DNA of 64,000 bases. Source: an uncultured virus (IMG/VR IMGVR_UViG_3300021399_000124) (taxonomy: Duplodnaviria; Heunggongvirae; Uroviricota; Caudoviricetes). Location of the stretch: the IMG/VR virus record IMGVR_UViG_3300021399_000124. One strand, 5' to 3'. The translations under genes and the position numbers were made by a program. How positions within the stretch are numbered: the stretch's first letter is position 1; each line of letters begins with the position of its first letter. Of this stretch, positions 48,672 to 58,040 are shown piece after piece. The notes below the pieces were generated by a model. The model ran no database searches. It saw nothing but the letters and a program-made list of their open reading frames with translations, and had not been told where the DNA came from.

Positions 48672-50908
48672 TGTTTGGAGTGATGATGTTGGAAGTTATT
48701 AAAAGAGATGGAAGAGTTGTTGAGTTTGATGAGGGGAAAATTATTGCAGCTGTAACAAAAGCTTTTGCCGAGGTTGACATGAAAGAAACTGCCGAGGCTG
48801 AGAAAAAAGCTAAACAGATTGCGGAGTATGTAAAAGGACTTAATAAGACAATGACTGTCGAAGAAATCCAGAATATTGTCGAAGATAAACTTATGGCAAG
48901 TGCAAGAAAAGATGTTGCACGAGCATATATTAGATATCGGTATGCAAAAAGTCTTATCAGAGAAAGCAATACAACTGATAAAACCATAAAAGAACTTCTT
49001 TGTGGAGAAAATGAATACTGGAATACAGAGAATTCCAATAAGAATGCAAAACTTGTAACAACACAAAGAGATTATATAGCTGGTATTACAAGTACCGATA
49101 TTACAAGAAGATTTTTACTTCCAAAAGATGTTGTTAAAGCACACGATGAAGGTATTATTCATTTTCATGATGCCGACTATTTTGCCCAGGATGCACTTCA
49201 TAATTGTGATCTTGTTAATCTTGAAGATATGCTTCAGAACGGAACGGTCATTAGCGACACATTAATTGAAAAGCCTCACAGTTTTTCCACTGCTTGCACT
49301 ATTGCAACACAAATTATCGCACAGGTTGCCAGTTCACAGTATGGCGGACAGAGTATTAGCCTTGCACATCTTGCACCGTTCGTTGATGTCAGCAGACAAA
49401 AGATTAGAAAAGAAGTTGTCTCTGAAATGACGGAGATTCTTGGCATTAAAGATATCAATGAAGACAAGGTTTCTGCAATTGTTGAGGAAAGATTAAAAGA
49501 CGAAATTTCAAAGGGAATTCAGACCATCCAGTATCAAGTTGTTACATTAATGACAACAAATGGACAAGCACCTTTTATAACAGTCTTCCTTTATCTTGAT
49601 GAGGCTAAGAATCAGCGTGAAAAAGATGACCTTGCAATGTTAATTGAAGAGACGCTGAGACAGAGAATCCAGGGCGTTAAGAATGAACAAGGTGTTTATA
49701 TTACACCGGCGTTTCCGAAGTTAATTTATGTGCTTGACGAGGACAATATTACAGAAGATAGTCCTTATTGGTATTTAACAGAACTCGCAGCTGAATGTAC
49801 TACAAAGAGAATGGTGCCGGATTACATCTCGGCTAAGATGATGAGGGAATTAAAAGGTGATGTGTATACCTGTATGGGATGTCGCAGTTTCCTAACGGTG
49901 GATAGATTTACAGATAAAGGCATAGGAAATATTGCTAACGCCAAGAATTATGTCGAAGGACAACATAAATATTATGGAAGATTTAATCAAGGAGTTGTAA
50001 CGGTTAATCTTCCAGACATCGCTCTTTCATCTCATGGAGATATGGAAGAATTTTGGAAAATTTTTGAGGAAAGAATGGATATTTGCCACAAAGCGCTCAG
50101 ATGTAGACATGAAAGGTTGCTTGGAACATCTGCCGATGTCGCTCCAATCCTTTGGAGATACGGCGCACTTGCAAGACTCGACAAAGGCGAGAAAATTGAC
50201 AAACTGCTTTATAACGGATATTCCACAATTTCTCTTGGATACGCCGGACTTTATGAATGCGTCAAATACATGACCGGAGAATCTCATAGTTCAAAAAAAG
50301 GATATGAATTTGGTATTGAAGTAATGCAGAAACTTAATGAACATTGCTTTAAGTGGAAAGCGGAGGAAAATATTGATTACTCCCTCTACGGGACGCCCAT
50401 CGAGTCCGTAACACTTAAATTTGCAAAAGCTTTACAGGAGAGGTTTGGAGTAATTGAAGGGATTACAGATAGGGATTATGTGACAAATTCATATCATATT
50501 CCTGTATTTGAAGAAATAGATCCGTTTGATAAGCTTGAAATTGAATCTAAGTTCCAGGCGTTATCTCCGGGGGGAGCAATAAGCTACATAGAGACCAGTG
50601 ATTTATCAAAAAATAAAGAAGCCGTACTAGAAGTAATGAAATTTATCTATGATACGATTTTATATGCTGAGTTAAACACAAAATTAGACTATTGCCAGAA
50701 ATGTCACTACGATGGCGAGATTAAAATCATCGATGAAGGTGGTAAACTTATTTGGGAATGCCCGAACTGTGGTAATAGAGATCAGAATACAATGAATGTT
50801 GCAAGGAGAACCTGCGGTTACATTGGAACAAATTTCTGGAACGCAGGAAGAACACAAGAAATTAAAGAGAGATATGTCCATATGGATGACCACGAGGTGG
50901 TTATGTGA
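48671..50908 (+). CDS. nrdD: Anaerobic (class III) ribonucleotide reductase
   Basis: ATP-cone VIKRDG; MGCRS; CxxC...CPNCG; RRTCGYI glycyl-radical motif. Confidence 0.95.
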   Translation: MFGVMMLEVIKRDGRVVEFDEGKIIAAVTKAFAEVDMKETAEAEKKAKQIAEYVKGLNKTMTVEEIQNIVEDKLMASARKDVARAYIRYRYAKSLIRESNTTDKTIKELLCGENEYWNTENSNKNAKLVTTQRDYIAGITSTDITRRFLLPKDVVKAHDEGIIHFHDADYFAQDALHNCDLVNLEDMLQNGTVISDTLIEKPHSFSTACTIATQIIAQVASSQYGGQSISLAHLAPFVDVSRQKIRKEVVSEMTEILGIKDINEDKVSAIVEERLKDEISKGIQTIQYQVVTLMTTNGQAPFITVFLYLDEAKNQREKDDLAMLIEETLRQRIQGVKNEQGVYITPAFPKLIYVLDEDNITEDSPYWYLTELAAECTTKRMVPDYISAKMMRELKGDVYTCMGCRSFLTVDRFTDKGIGNIANAKNYVEGQHKYYGRFNQGVVTVNLPDIALSSHGDMEEFWKIFEERMDICHKALRCRHERLLGTSADVAPILWRYGALARLDKGEKIDKLLYNGYSTISLGYAGLYECVKYMTGESHSSKKGYEFGIEVMQKLNEHCFKWKAEENIDYSLYGTPIESVTLKFAKALQERFGVIEGITDRDYVTNSYHIPVFEEIDPFDKLEIESKFQALSPGGAISYIETSDLSKNKEAVLEVMKFIYDTILYAELNTKLDYCQKCHYDGEIKIIDEGGKLIWECPNCGNRDQNTMNVARRTCGYIGTNFWNAGRTQEIKERYVHMDDHEVVM

Positions 50909-51426
50909 GATATGCAAGTATAAGAAGAATGGATGTAACTAACGGTAAAGATATTGGCGTTTCATTATTTGTACAAGGATGTAGATTTCATTGCAAAGGT
51001 TGTTTTAATGAATCAACCTGGGACTTCAATGGCGGGAAAGAATGGACTGCTGATGTTGAAGATAAATTCATACATTTAATTGATAATCCACACGTTAAAA
51101 GAGTTAGTATTCTCGGCGGCGAACCTTTGGCATATGAAAATTTATCAAGTGTGTATGAAATCATCAAAAGAATAAAAGATAATTTTCCAGATAAAAAAGT
51201 ATGGTTATGGACTGGCAATGAATTATCTATTAATGATTTTGATAATTCGGATAACGGCTTGAAGAATAAGATTATTTCTCTCTGTGACTATGTTATTGAT
51301 GGTAGATTTATCGAGGAAAAAAGAAATCTTTCTTTAATGTTTCGAGGCAGTTCAAACCAGCGCATCATCGATGTGAAAAAATCTTTAAGAGAAGGGAAAG
51401 TTGTTGAGTACGACTTTAATAGGTAA
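50905..51426 (+). CDS. nrdG: Anaerobic RNR activase
   Basis: CRFHCKGCFN, GGEP, DGRF, RGSSNQR. Confidence 0.95.
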   Translation: MRYASIRRMDVTNGKDIGVSLFVQGCRFHCKGCFNESTWDFNGGKEWTADVEDKFIHLIDNPHVKRVSILGGEPLAYENLSSVYEIIKRIKDNFPDKKVWLWTGNELSINDFDNSDNGLKNKIISLCDYVIDGRFIEEKRNLSLMFRGSSNQRIIDVKKSLREGKVVEYDFNR

Positions 51427-51432
51427 TTAAAA

Positions 51433-52005
51433 ATGGATGATATATTTTACAAGAAATCTATTTTATCGGGAGCATTAATTGCCGTGGGAGATATAGCATT
51501 AATGCAAGTTGAGAGTAAATATCTTGGAGCATTGCTGTTCTCCCTGGCTTTGCTCTCAATCATACAGCTTGGACTTCCATTATATACTGGCAGAATCGGA
51601 GCGGTAATTCATAAACACAACTATAAAGAAATGACTGTAATGTTATTGATGAATGTCATTGGTGCTTGTGCAATCATATCATTTTATATGTTGATGAATG
51701 GCGAGTCTGCCATTGGGAATGTTGCAGACGTGTCAAATGTAAAATTTGAAAAAGATTATTTGACATTGTTTATCGCCGGTATTATGTGCAATATTCTAAT
51801 CCATATAGCTGTAACATGTAAAAATACAGTGATCACTATATTATGTATTATGTGTTTCATTCTTTGTGGATTTGAGCATTCTATTGCTGACGTTGGATAC
51901 GCAGTGTTCGGAGCAAACTTTATTTCGTATATTCCAAAATGGATTGTTGTATTACTTGGCAATACAGTCGGTGGAATCGTCACAGAGATATGTTTGTCTG
52001 ATTGA
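51433..52005 (+). CDS. Formate/nitrite transporter (FocA-family, short)
   Basis: SGALIAVG, LYTG, AGIMCNILI, FILCGFEHSIAD, LGNTVGG; multi-TM. Confidence 0.8.
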   Translation: MDDIFYKKSILSGALIAVGDIALMQVESKYLGALLFSLALLSIIQLGLPLYTGRIGAVIHKHNYKEMTVMLLMNVIGACAIISFYMLMNGESAIGNVADVSNVKFEKDYLTLFIAGIMCNILIHIAVTCKNTVITILCIMCFILCGFEHSIADVGYAVFGANFISYIPKWIVVLLGNTVGGIVTEICLSD

Positions 52006-52019
52006 GAGGAGATTGCTAA

Positions 52020-52211
52020 ATGAAATACATAATCATAATTATCCTCATCATTCTTTCTCTATTAGCTATAGTAGAATTCAGTTGTGTGATAGTAGCAAGC
52101 GAAGCAGATGATGAGTTGGAAGAGTGGAAGTACTCAAATAAGAAGTTTGATTTTAAGGAATTTGACAAGAAGAGATTAAATATTAAGGAGAAAACGGATA
52201 ATGGAAAATAG
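52020..52211 (+). CDS. Small membrane protein
   Basis: N-terminal TM; GAGGAG RBS. Confidence 0.55.
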   Translation: MKYIIIIILIILSLLAIVEFSCVIVASEADDELEEWKYSNKKFDFKEFDKKRLNIKEKTDNGK

Positions 52212-52716
52212 GATTGCAATGTTTAGAAAAGTATCATTTGAACAGTATTACAAGGATTATGTCAAGTGCTTCGGTGCAGCAAACAAAGAACTTGTTAAGT
52301 ATGTGTACGACCATATTAAGCTTCCTAAACGGGCTACAAGCGGATCTGGGGCTTATGATTTCTATGCACCGGAGACAATGTCTTTAAAGATTAATGGCAA
52401 TAAAACTATCCCTACTGGTATTTGTGCGGTAATCCAAGAAGGTTGGGCTTTATTACTTCTGCCTAGAAGCGGTCATGGATTTAAGTATGGAATTAGTTTA
52501 GGAAACAGCGTTGGGCTTATTGATAGTGATTTTTCCGGCTCAGATAACGAAGGACACATTCATGTTAAGTTTCTCAACGACTCCTGTATTGCCCAGGATA
52601 TGGTGATTCAGGCGAATGAAGCTATGTGCCAAGGCATGTTTGTACCATATGGATTAACTCTTGATGATAATGCAACAGAAAAACGTAACGGCGGATTTGG
52701 GAGTACAAGTAAATGA
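52201..52716 (+). CDS. dut: Trimeric dUTPase
   Basis: LPKRAT..AYDF, PRSG, GLIDSD, RNGGFGST. Confidence 0.9.
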   Translation: MENRIAMFRKVSFEQYYKDYVKCFGAANKELVKYVYDHIKLPKRATSGSGAYDFYAPETMSLKINGNKTIPTGICAVIQEGWALLLLPRSGHGFKYGISLGNSVGLIDSDFSGSDNEGHIHVKFLNDSCIAQDMVIQANEAMCQGMFVPYGLTLDDNATEKRNGGFGSTSK

Positions 52717-52868
52717 AAAAGCGAGTAACAATTGTTTTAGAAGTTGAAACAGATGATGATGTTATGATAACAGACAAGTTTATCAAAGAAGATTTAGAAA
52801 CAGAAATTCATTGTGCGTCTAATTGGTATGAATTTATTTCATTTAAAACAAAAGAAATCAAGGAGTGA
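52713..52868 (+). CDS. Small hypothetical protein (51 aa)
   Basis: ATGA overlap; MKKRVTIVLEVETDDD... Confidence 0.5.
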   Translation: MKKRVTIVLEVETDDDVMITDKFIKEDLETEIHCASNWYEFISFKTKEIKE

Positions 52869-52874
52869 CAAGAT

Positions 52875-53708
52875 ATGAAATTTGAACACGCAAGCGTATA
52901 TAATTTTGAGAATGTAGTAAGAGCAGTAAGACATCCTCTTGAATCTTATGATAAATCTGATTCTCATTGGAACGAGGATGGCAAGTTTGTTATCGGAGAA
53001 AAGGATCTCAAGCTAATGAAGAATCTTATCAATGCCGCCGTGCATGATAAGTCTAATTCTCATTCCAAGTTCCTTAGACAAATTATGGTCAGTGTGGATG
53101 TGACAGCGCCGATGTACTGGTTCTCAGAATTTGACACTTATAAGGTCGGAACTACAGCGAATAGCACCAGTAAAATGCACAAGCTTGCAAGTACACCAAT
53201 CACGATGGAATGCTTTGAACTGGATGATTATTCAGATATGCATAAGCCGAATTTTCTTCAGCCATTCATCGGCGCTCTTGAAGAACTCCGTCAGCTTTAT
53301 AATTCCAGTGGAGATAAGAAATATTGGAAAGCTTTAATTCGTTGGTTGCCGGAAGGATGGCTTCAGACCAGAACAGTCACACTTAATTACCAGGTTCTTC
53401 GTCAGATGTATTTTGACAGACGAAATCATAAGTTAACAGAGTGGGTGCAGTTCTGCGATTGGGTTAAAACGCTTCCTTATGCCGAGGAACTTATCACATA
53501 TGAACCGACATCTAATGGAGTGTTTACTGTATCTTATTTAGAAAAGGATAAAAACGAACCAATTATAACAACCTTTGACAACGAGGCGGCGGCAAGTAAA
53601 ATGTTTGAGTATATGGTAAATCATGGAACAAAAAATATATGGTTTGACCAAATGCCACTTTATAAGAACTACTATTATTATTCGGCAGAAGAAGGGGAAA
53701 TGAAATGA
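52875..53708 (+). CDS. ThyX-fold (flavin-dependent thymidylate synthase-like) protein, divergent
   Basis: HSKFLRQI, APMYWFSEFDTY, NSTSKMH, LPEGWLQ.R, RRNHKL.EW; canonical RHR motif absent. Confidence 0.65.
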   Translation: MKFEHASVYNFENVVRAVRHPLESYDKSDSHWNEDGKFVIGEKDLKLMKNLINAAVHDKSNSHSKFLRQIMVSVDVTAPMYWFSEFDTYKVGTTANSTSKMHKLASTPITMECFELDDYSDMHKPNFLQPFIGALEELRQLYNSSGDKKYWKALIRWLPEGWLQTRTVTLNYQVLRQMYFDRRNHKLTEWVQFCDWVKTLPYAEELITYEPTSNGVFTVSYLEKDKNEPIITTFDNEAAASKMFEYMVNHGTKNIWFDQMPLYKNYYYYSAEEGEMK

Positions 53709-54235
53709 TAGTACTTATTGGAGAGTCGGGATCTGGCAAGGACACCGTCCAGAAACAGCTTGTTGAGAATTTTGGTTATCGAAAAATCGTCACTTATACA
53801 ACCCGTCCGCCACGGGATGGTGAGGTTGACGGTGTAGACTATCACTTCATTTCTGAAAAAGAATTCAGAGAAAAGAAGTGCAGAAACGAATTTGGCGAGA
53901 CCGCCGAGTATCGAGGTTGGTTGTACGGTAGTGCTATTAAGGATTATGCTGTTAATACAGTCATCATTCTTACACCGTCTGGATTCCGGAAAATTAATAG
54001 GCTGATGCTTCCGACCCCAATCATGTCAGTTTATGTTCGTGTTCCTCGGCGGGAGAGACTTATCAGAATCCTCAAGCGGGGAGATGATATCGAGGAAGCT
54101 TACCGCCGAAGCCTGTCTGATGTAGGAATGTTTGATGGAATTGCTGATGAGGTTGATTTCGTGATTGATAATAGCGAGAAATATATGACACCTTATCTTG
54201 TAGCGCAGTCAATCAATTTACAATATGCGGGGTGA
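53705..54235 (+). CDS. gmk: Guanylate kinase-like NMP kinase
   Basis: GESGSGKDT, YTTRPPRDGEVDGVDYHF. Confidence 0.85.
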   Translation: MIVLIGESGSGKDTVQKQLVENFGYRKIVTYTTRPPRDGEVDGVDYHFISEKEFREKKCRNEFGETAEYRGWLYGSAIKDYAVNTVIILTPSGFRKINRLMLPTPIMSVYVRVPRRERLIRILKRGDDIEEAYRRSLSDVGMFDGIADEVDFVIDNSEKYMTPYLVAQSINLQYAG

Positions 54236-54651
54236 AGAGAATAATGGTAATAATAAACGATGAGCTTGTTGAGTATGAAATTCCTAAAGAAATAGATGAA
54301 AAAATCCCTGACTATTTCTATGCAGCTCTAGCGGGCGAACTATGTAGTATTTATGGAGTAGATATATTCCGAAAACATCCCAATATTGAATATGACAATG
54401 ATGGTAATGAAAAGATTGATTGGGAAAATTATTATTATGATTTAAATTCAGGTACTGGTGGTTGGATAAACGCAGTATTCGCCACTTGTGAAAGACTTAA
54501 TATGCAATGGCTTTCTGATTATTGGATAGGACTTGAATGGTATGATTCTGATATTTTAGATTCGATTATTGAAGCTAGGATTATTGAAAGATTCATTGAT
54601 AATAAAAGGAATCCGGGAGAAAGTTATTTTCAATACCTGATTAATAAGTAA
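54232..54651 (+). CDS. Hypothetical protein
   Basis: GTGA overlap; 139 aa. Confidence 0.6.
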   Translation: MKRIMVIINDELVEYEIPKEIDEKIPDYFYAALAGELCSIYGVDIFRKHPNIEYDNDGNEKIDWENYYYDLNSGTGGWINAVFATCERLNMQWLSDYWIGLEWYDSDILDSIIEARIIERFIDNKRNPGESYFQYLINK

Positions 54652-54665
54652 TGTAAAATTTAATA

Positions 54666-54695
54666 TTAGGGCAGTTCATTCTGCCCTAATTTTTT
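54666..54695 (+). terminator. Rho-independent terminator
   Basis: ATTAGGGCAG-TTCATT-CTGCCCTAAT followed by a T-tract. Confidence 0.75.
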
Positions 54696-54712
54696 GAGAA
54701 GGAGATGTACAT

Positions 54713-54895
54713 ATGAGAGATAAGTTTTTTTTGACCGTTACAGAGGCATCAAAATATTTTGGTATTGGTGTAAATAATTTCAGGGCATTCTTGAACAAGA
54801 ATAAGGACGCTGATTTTATCCTTATGAATGGAACAAAAATGTTAATTAAAAGAGAAATGTTAGAAGATTATTTTAGAAAAGCAAAAAGTATTTAG
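54713..54895 (+). CDS. xis: Excisionase (Tn916 Xis-like HTH)
   Basis: LTVTEASKYFGIG...NGTKMLIKR; directly upstream of the integrase. Confidence 0.85.
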   Translation: MRDKFFLTVTEASKYFGIGVNNFRAFLNKNKDADFILMNGTKMLIKREMLEDYFRKAKSI

Positions 54896-54968
54896 TGTGA
54901 TATTAGCCTCGATGTGGTATAATACATGCACCACACCGAGGCTTTATACTATAGGAAGGAGTGTCAAG

Positions 54969-56192
54969 ATGAAGTGTTGCAATTCGGCAACGGTGTATAA
55001 AGCTTCATATAAAAGCGGAGAAGAGTGGGCTATTCGGCTCAATATCTCTGAGTGGACGGAAGAAGGAGCGGTGTTTTCGCAAAAGAAGATCCGCACACAT
55101 CTCCCAGCCACGCCCAGAAACAAAACAAAAGCAAATATTATCGCCGAGCAGGAGATAGAGAAATATAATGATTCCCAGCGGTGCAAGAGTATGCTGAAAT
55201 TCTTTGATGAGTGGTTAGCGTGGAAGAAGGACTCAATTGAACTTAGCACTTATCAATCCTATGAATACCGCATCGCCTATATGAGGGATTACTTCAAACA
55301 TGTTAATGTTGAAGAGGTCACACCGGCGATGGTCAAAGACTTTTACAAGTCAGTTTTCAACAAAAAGAAGAAGAACGGCAACAGTTATATCAGTAACCGA
55401 GTGATAAAAGATGTCTTGAAGTTATTCCGAAATATCATGGATGATGCAGTGTATATGAAGTTAATACCGGAGAATCCGTGCGGAAAGCTGAAGATCCCGC
55501 AAAGACCAACGGCAGCAGGAGACAAGGCATTTATCGGTGCAGATGAGGTTGAGATATTCTTTGAGGAGATTAAAGGACATAAGCTTGAGGATATGTTCGT
55601 GCTTGCCATTTACTATGGACTTCGCCGTGAGGAATTATGTGCTTTAAAATGGGATGCAGTCCGAGGGGATGAAATCTTTATCGAGAGAACCATAGTTCAT
55701 GTTAAGACCGATATAGCCAAGGAGAGGACGAAGACGCAGTCTAGTTATAGGAGCTATCCAATAACCGAGTCTGTGAGGGAGATGCTTGACAGGATTAAAG
55801 AAAAGCAGGAGAGAGATAAAAAGTTCTTTGGGGACGAATATAAGGACTCTGGATATATCTTTACCTGGAATGATGGACATCCCTACAGCCCAGACTATCT
55901 GACGAAGAACTTTAAGAAGGTAGTAAAGAAGTCGGACAGGCTCGATGACTCACTCACGCTACACAGCCTCCGAGCGTCATGCGTTAGCATTCTAGTCCAC
56001 GGCGGTGCTGACATTAAAGACATCCAGAAATGGGTTGGACACGCCGACATTAAGACCACTTTGCAGATTTATGCGAGGACGAATAAGAAGCAACAGTGGG
56101 GAGTAGCTAATAAGATGGATGGCTTCATTTTTCAAGGGCAAGATGGCAAGAGTAAAAGTAAGAGTTTAGAAAAAATAAGAGTTGTGAGCTAA
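54969..56192 (+). CDS. int: Phage integrase (tyrosine recombinase)
   Basis: GLRREE, KT, HSLR, GH, IY; AGGAAGGAG RBS before ATG 54969. Confidence 0.9.
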   Translation: MKCCNSATVYKASYKSGEEWAIRLNISEWTEEGAVFSQKKIRTHLPATPRNKTKANIIAEQEIEKYNDSQRCKSMLKFFDEWLAWKKDSIELSTYQSYEYRIAYMRDYFKHVNVEEVTPAMVKDFYKSVFNKKKKNGNSYISNRVIKDVLKLFRNIMDDAVYMKLIPENPCGKLKIPQRPTAAGDKAFIGADEVEIFFEEIKGHKLEDMFVLAIYYGLRREELCALKWDAVRGDEIFIERTIVHVKTDIAKERTKTQSSYRSYPITESVREMLDRIKEKQERDKKFFGDEYKDSGYIFTWNDGHPYSPDYLTKNFKKVVKKSDRLDDSLTLHSLRASCVSILVHGGADIKDIQKWVGHADIKTTLQIYARTNKKQQWGVANKMDGFIFQGQDGKSKSKSLEKIRVVS

Positions 56193-56287
56193 TGATTTGT
56201 ATAATATATACGACATTTACTGTGCAACCTCAACAATAAAATAAAACATAACAAGTTATATTAAGTTATAAATGACGAATATAATAA

Positions 56288-56329
56288 TTCGGGACGTAGA
56301 GGCCGCTGGTTCGAATCCAGTCACGCCGA
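56288..56329 (+). mobile_element. attP-like core: 3' half of tRNA-Pro(CGG)
   Basis: TTCGGGA anticodon loop through GCTGGTTCGAATCCAGT and the acceptor strand; no 5' half; just downstream of int; GTAAGA(G/A)T repeats on both sides. Confidence 0.8.
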
Positions 56330-56551
56330 TTTTTAAAAAGTCCGCAAAGCCTTGATTTTAGCGGATTTCAGAGGATTCGACAAGTCACGGAAAATCAGAG
56401 TACGACAGTGCTTTTCAAAAAAGTAAGAATCCGGTAAGAGTCACCTTCATAATTGCCTTGGTGTGGTAAAAAGAAAATACAGTGTGAAACGAAGAAAATG
56501 AACGATATTTTCTCTGTTTCAGACTGTATTTTTTTTATAAAATTATTTGAC

Positions 56552-56585
56552 AAAAAAAATGGGAGAAGCAAAAGCCTCTCCCAAT
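56552..56585 (-). terminator. Rho-independent terminator for minus-strand genes
   Basis: TGGGAG...CTCCCA stem with an A-tract on the + strand. Confidence 0.65.
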
Positions 56586-56586
56586 A

Positions 56587-56778
56587 TTATTTAAGTATGT
56601 CTTCAATCATTGTCTTTAACTCTCCGAACATATTTTTCAAATCATTAAATTCTTCCCTAGACACACCATTATTATTTCCGTCCTGTGTGCTTTCGGGAAT
56701 CTGTTCTGCAAGTCTTTCTGAAAAATCAAATGTTCTCATTGGCATCGGCACACCGTTGGTATCCGTTGCTTTAATAGT
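56587..56778 (-). pseudogene. 5'-truncated phage gene remnant
   Basis: IKATDTNGVPMPMRTFDF...VSREEFNDLK...* with an in-frame stop upstream and no clear RBS. Confidence 0.4.
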
Positions 56779-56893
56779 CCTCTTCCATCAGTCCCGCAAT
56801 AAATATCATAATGATAATCACAGGGAATAAAATAATTGTTTTAAACATAAGATTCACCTTAGTATATAGTAATTGATAAAATTTAATAACTCG

Positions 56894-57895
56894 TTATACA
56901 ATATACTGCTGATATGAATTTTTTATTTTAGAATTATCCACATAAATATATTCCATCGTAGTGTTGATATTGCTATGTCCTAATAATTTTTGAATCTCTT
57001 GTATATCCATGCCACGCCGAGCCATCCCAGATGCAAATGTTCTTCTAAAGCGATGCGGATGCACATTATCTACTCCGGAATCTTTTTCAATAGTCTTTAA
57101 AATACTTCTTATCCCGCCAGGACTTAAAGGTGTATGATTCTTATTATAAAAAAGAGCAACACCTTGTTCTGGTCGAGATAATAAATATTTTTGCAAATGT
57201 GTCTTAGCAACATCGTTTATAAATGTTATTCGTTCTTTTCCACCTTTTCCGTATCTTACATGAACATTCATATCATCAATATCAGATATTCTCATAGAGG
57301 ATAATTCAGAAACTCTAACACCAGATGTAAGTAGAAATTCTACAATAGCACGTTTTTTGTAACTATTACAAGCTGAACGCAACCTATCAATTTCAACCTC
57401 GGAAAATGGTTTTCGTATTTCGTCTTTATATTTGAGTGGTTTAATATTCATACATGGATTTTTCGAAATGATTTCTTCTGTAGTCATCCACTGGAAGAAA
57501 GCGGATAGATTTGCTCTGATATTTTCACATGATCTATCTGATACTCCACGTTCTTTTTCACATGCAAGGTAATATCGTATATCATAAACGCCCATTTCTT
57601 TAAATGATTTACCAATAAAATTAGATAATTTCTCCGCTGTCCGCCTATATTGGTATATAGTATTTTTTGATTTTCCATCTACCATTAAACATGCGCAATA
57701 TCTTTTCATAATACGTTCGTTTTCATTATCGTACACTACGATATCTTTACAATATTCTGTTACTTCATAGTCATTTAATACTCGAATTATTTGAGAAACA
57801 ACAAGCTGCACGGTGCTTGTATCGACCTTTTCAATTAATGAGTTTTCTAGCGACCGAATAAGTTTTTCTTTACAATCTGTAGACATAAAAAACAT
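56894..57895 (-). CDS. Xer-type tyrosine recombinase with N-terminal SAM-like domain
   Basis: SGVRVSE, GKGGKER, HPHRFRRT, LGH, EY; all catalytic residues present; likely start ATG 57886. Confidence 0.9.
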   Translation of the reverse strand: MFFMSTDCKEKLIRSLENSLIEKVDTSTVQLVVSQIIRVLNDYEVTEYCKDIVVYDNENERIMKRYCACLMVDGKSKNTIYQYRRTAEKLSNFIGKSFKEMGVYDIRYYLACEKERGVSDRSCENIRANLSAFFQWMTTEEIISKNPCMNIKPLKYKDEIRKPFSEVEIDRLRSACNSYKKRAIVEFLLTSGVRVSELSSMRISDIDDMNVHVRYGKGGKERITFINDVAKTHLQKYLLSRPEQGVALFYNKNHTPLSPGGIRSILKTIEKDSGVDNVHPHRFRRTFASGMARRGMDIQEIQKLLGHSNINTTMEYIYVDNSKIKNSYQQYIV

Positions 57896-57980
57896 CCTCC
57901 GTTTTTAACAATAAAGAGCCGCACTCTAATTGATTGGTAGTCGAGCGAGTACGGCTCGATTTTTTTATTTGTCTACAGAT

Positions 57981-58009
57981 ATTATACATTATATAATACT
58001 ATGTGTCAA
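57981..58009 (-). promoter_or_regulatory. sigmaA promoter of the Xer-like gene
   Basis: Minus strand TTGACA-17-TATAAT; hairpin leader GAGCCG..CGGCTC at ~57917-57958. Confidence 0.75.
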
Positions 58010-58022
58010 TATTTAATATCTC

Positions 58023-58040
58023 TTTAAAGTTCCCTTTAAA
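58023..58040 (-). repeat. Candidate recombination site TTTAAA-GGGAAC-TTTAAA
   Basis: Palindromic arms with 6-bp spacer; directly after the tail-gene stop and upstream of the recombinase promoter; first 12 bp match the array repeat. Confidence 0.7.

Noticed and set aside
56288..56329. Functional tRNA-Pro gene
   Set aside because: Only the 3' half is present; the upstream sequence is AT-rich with no D-arm or 5' acceptor strand.
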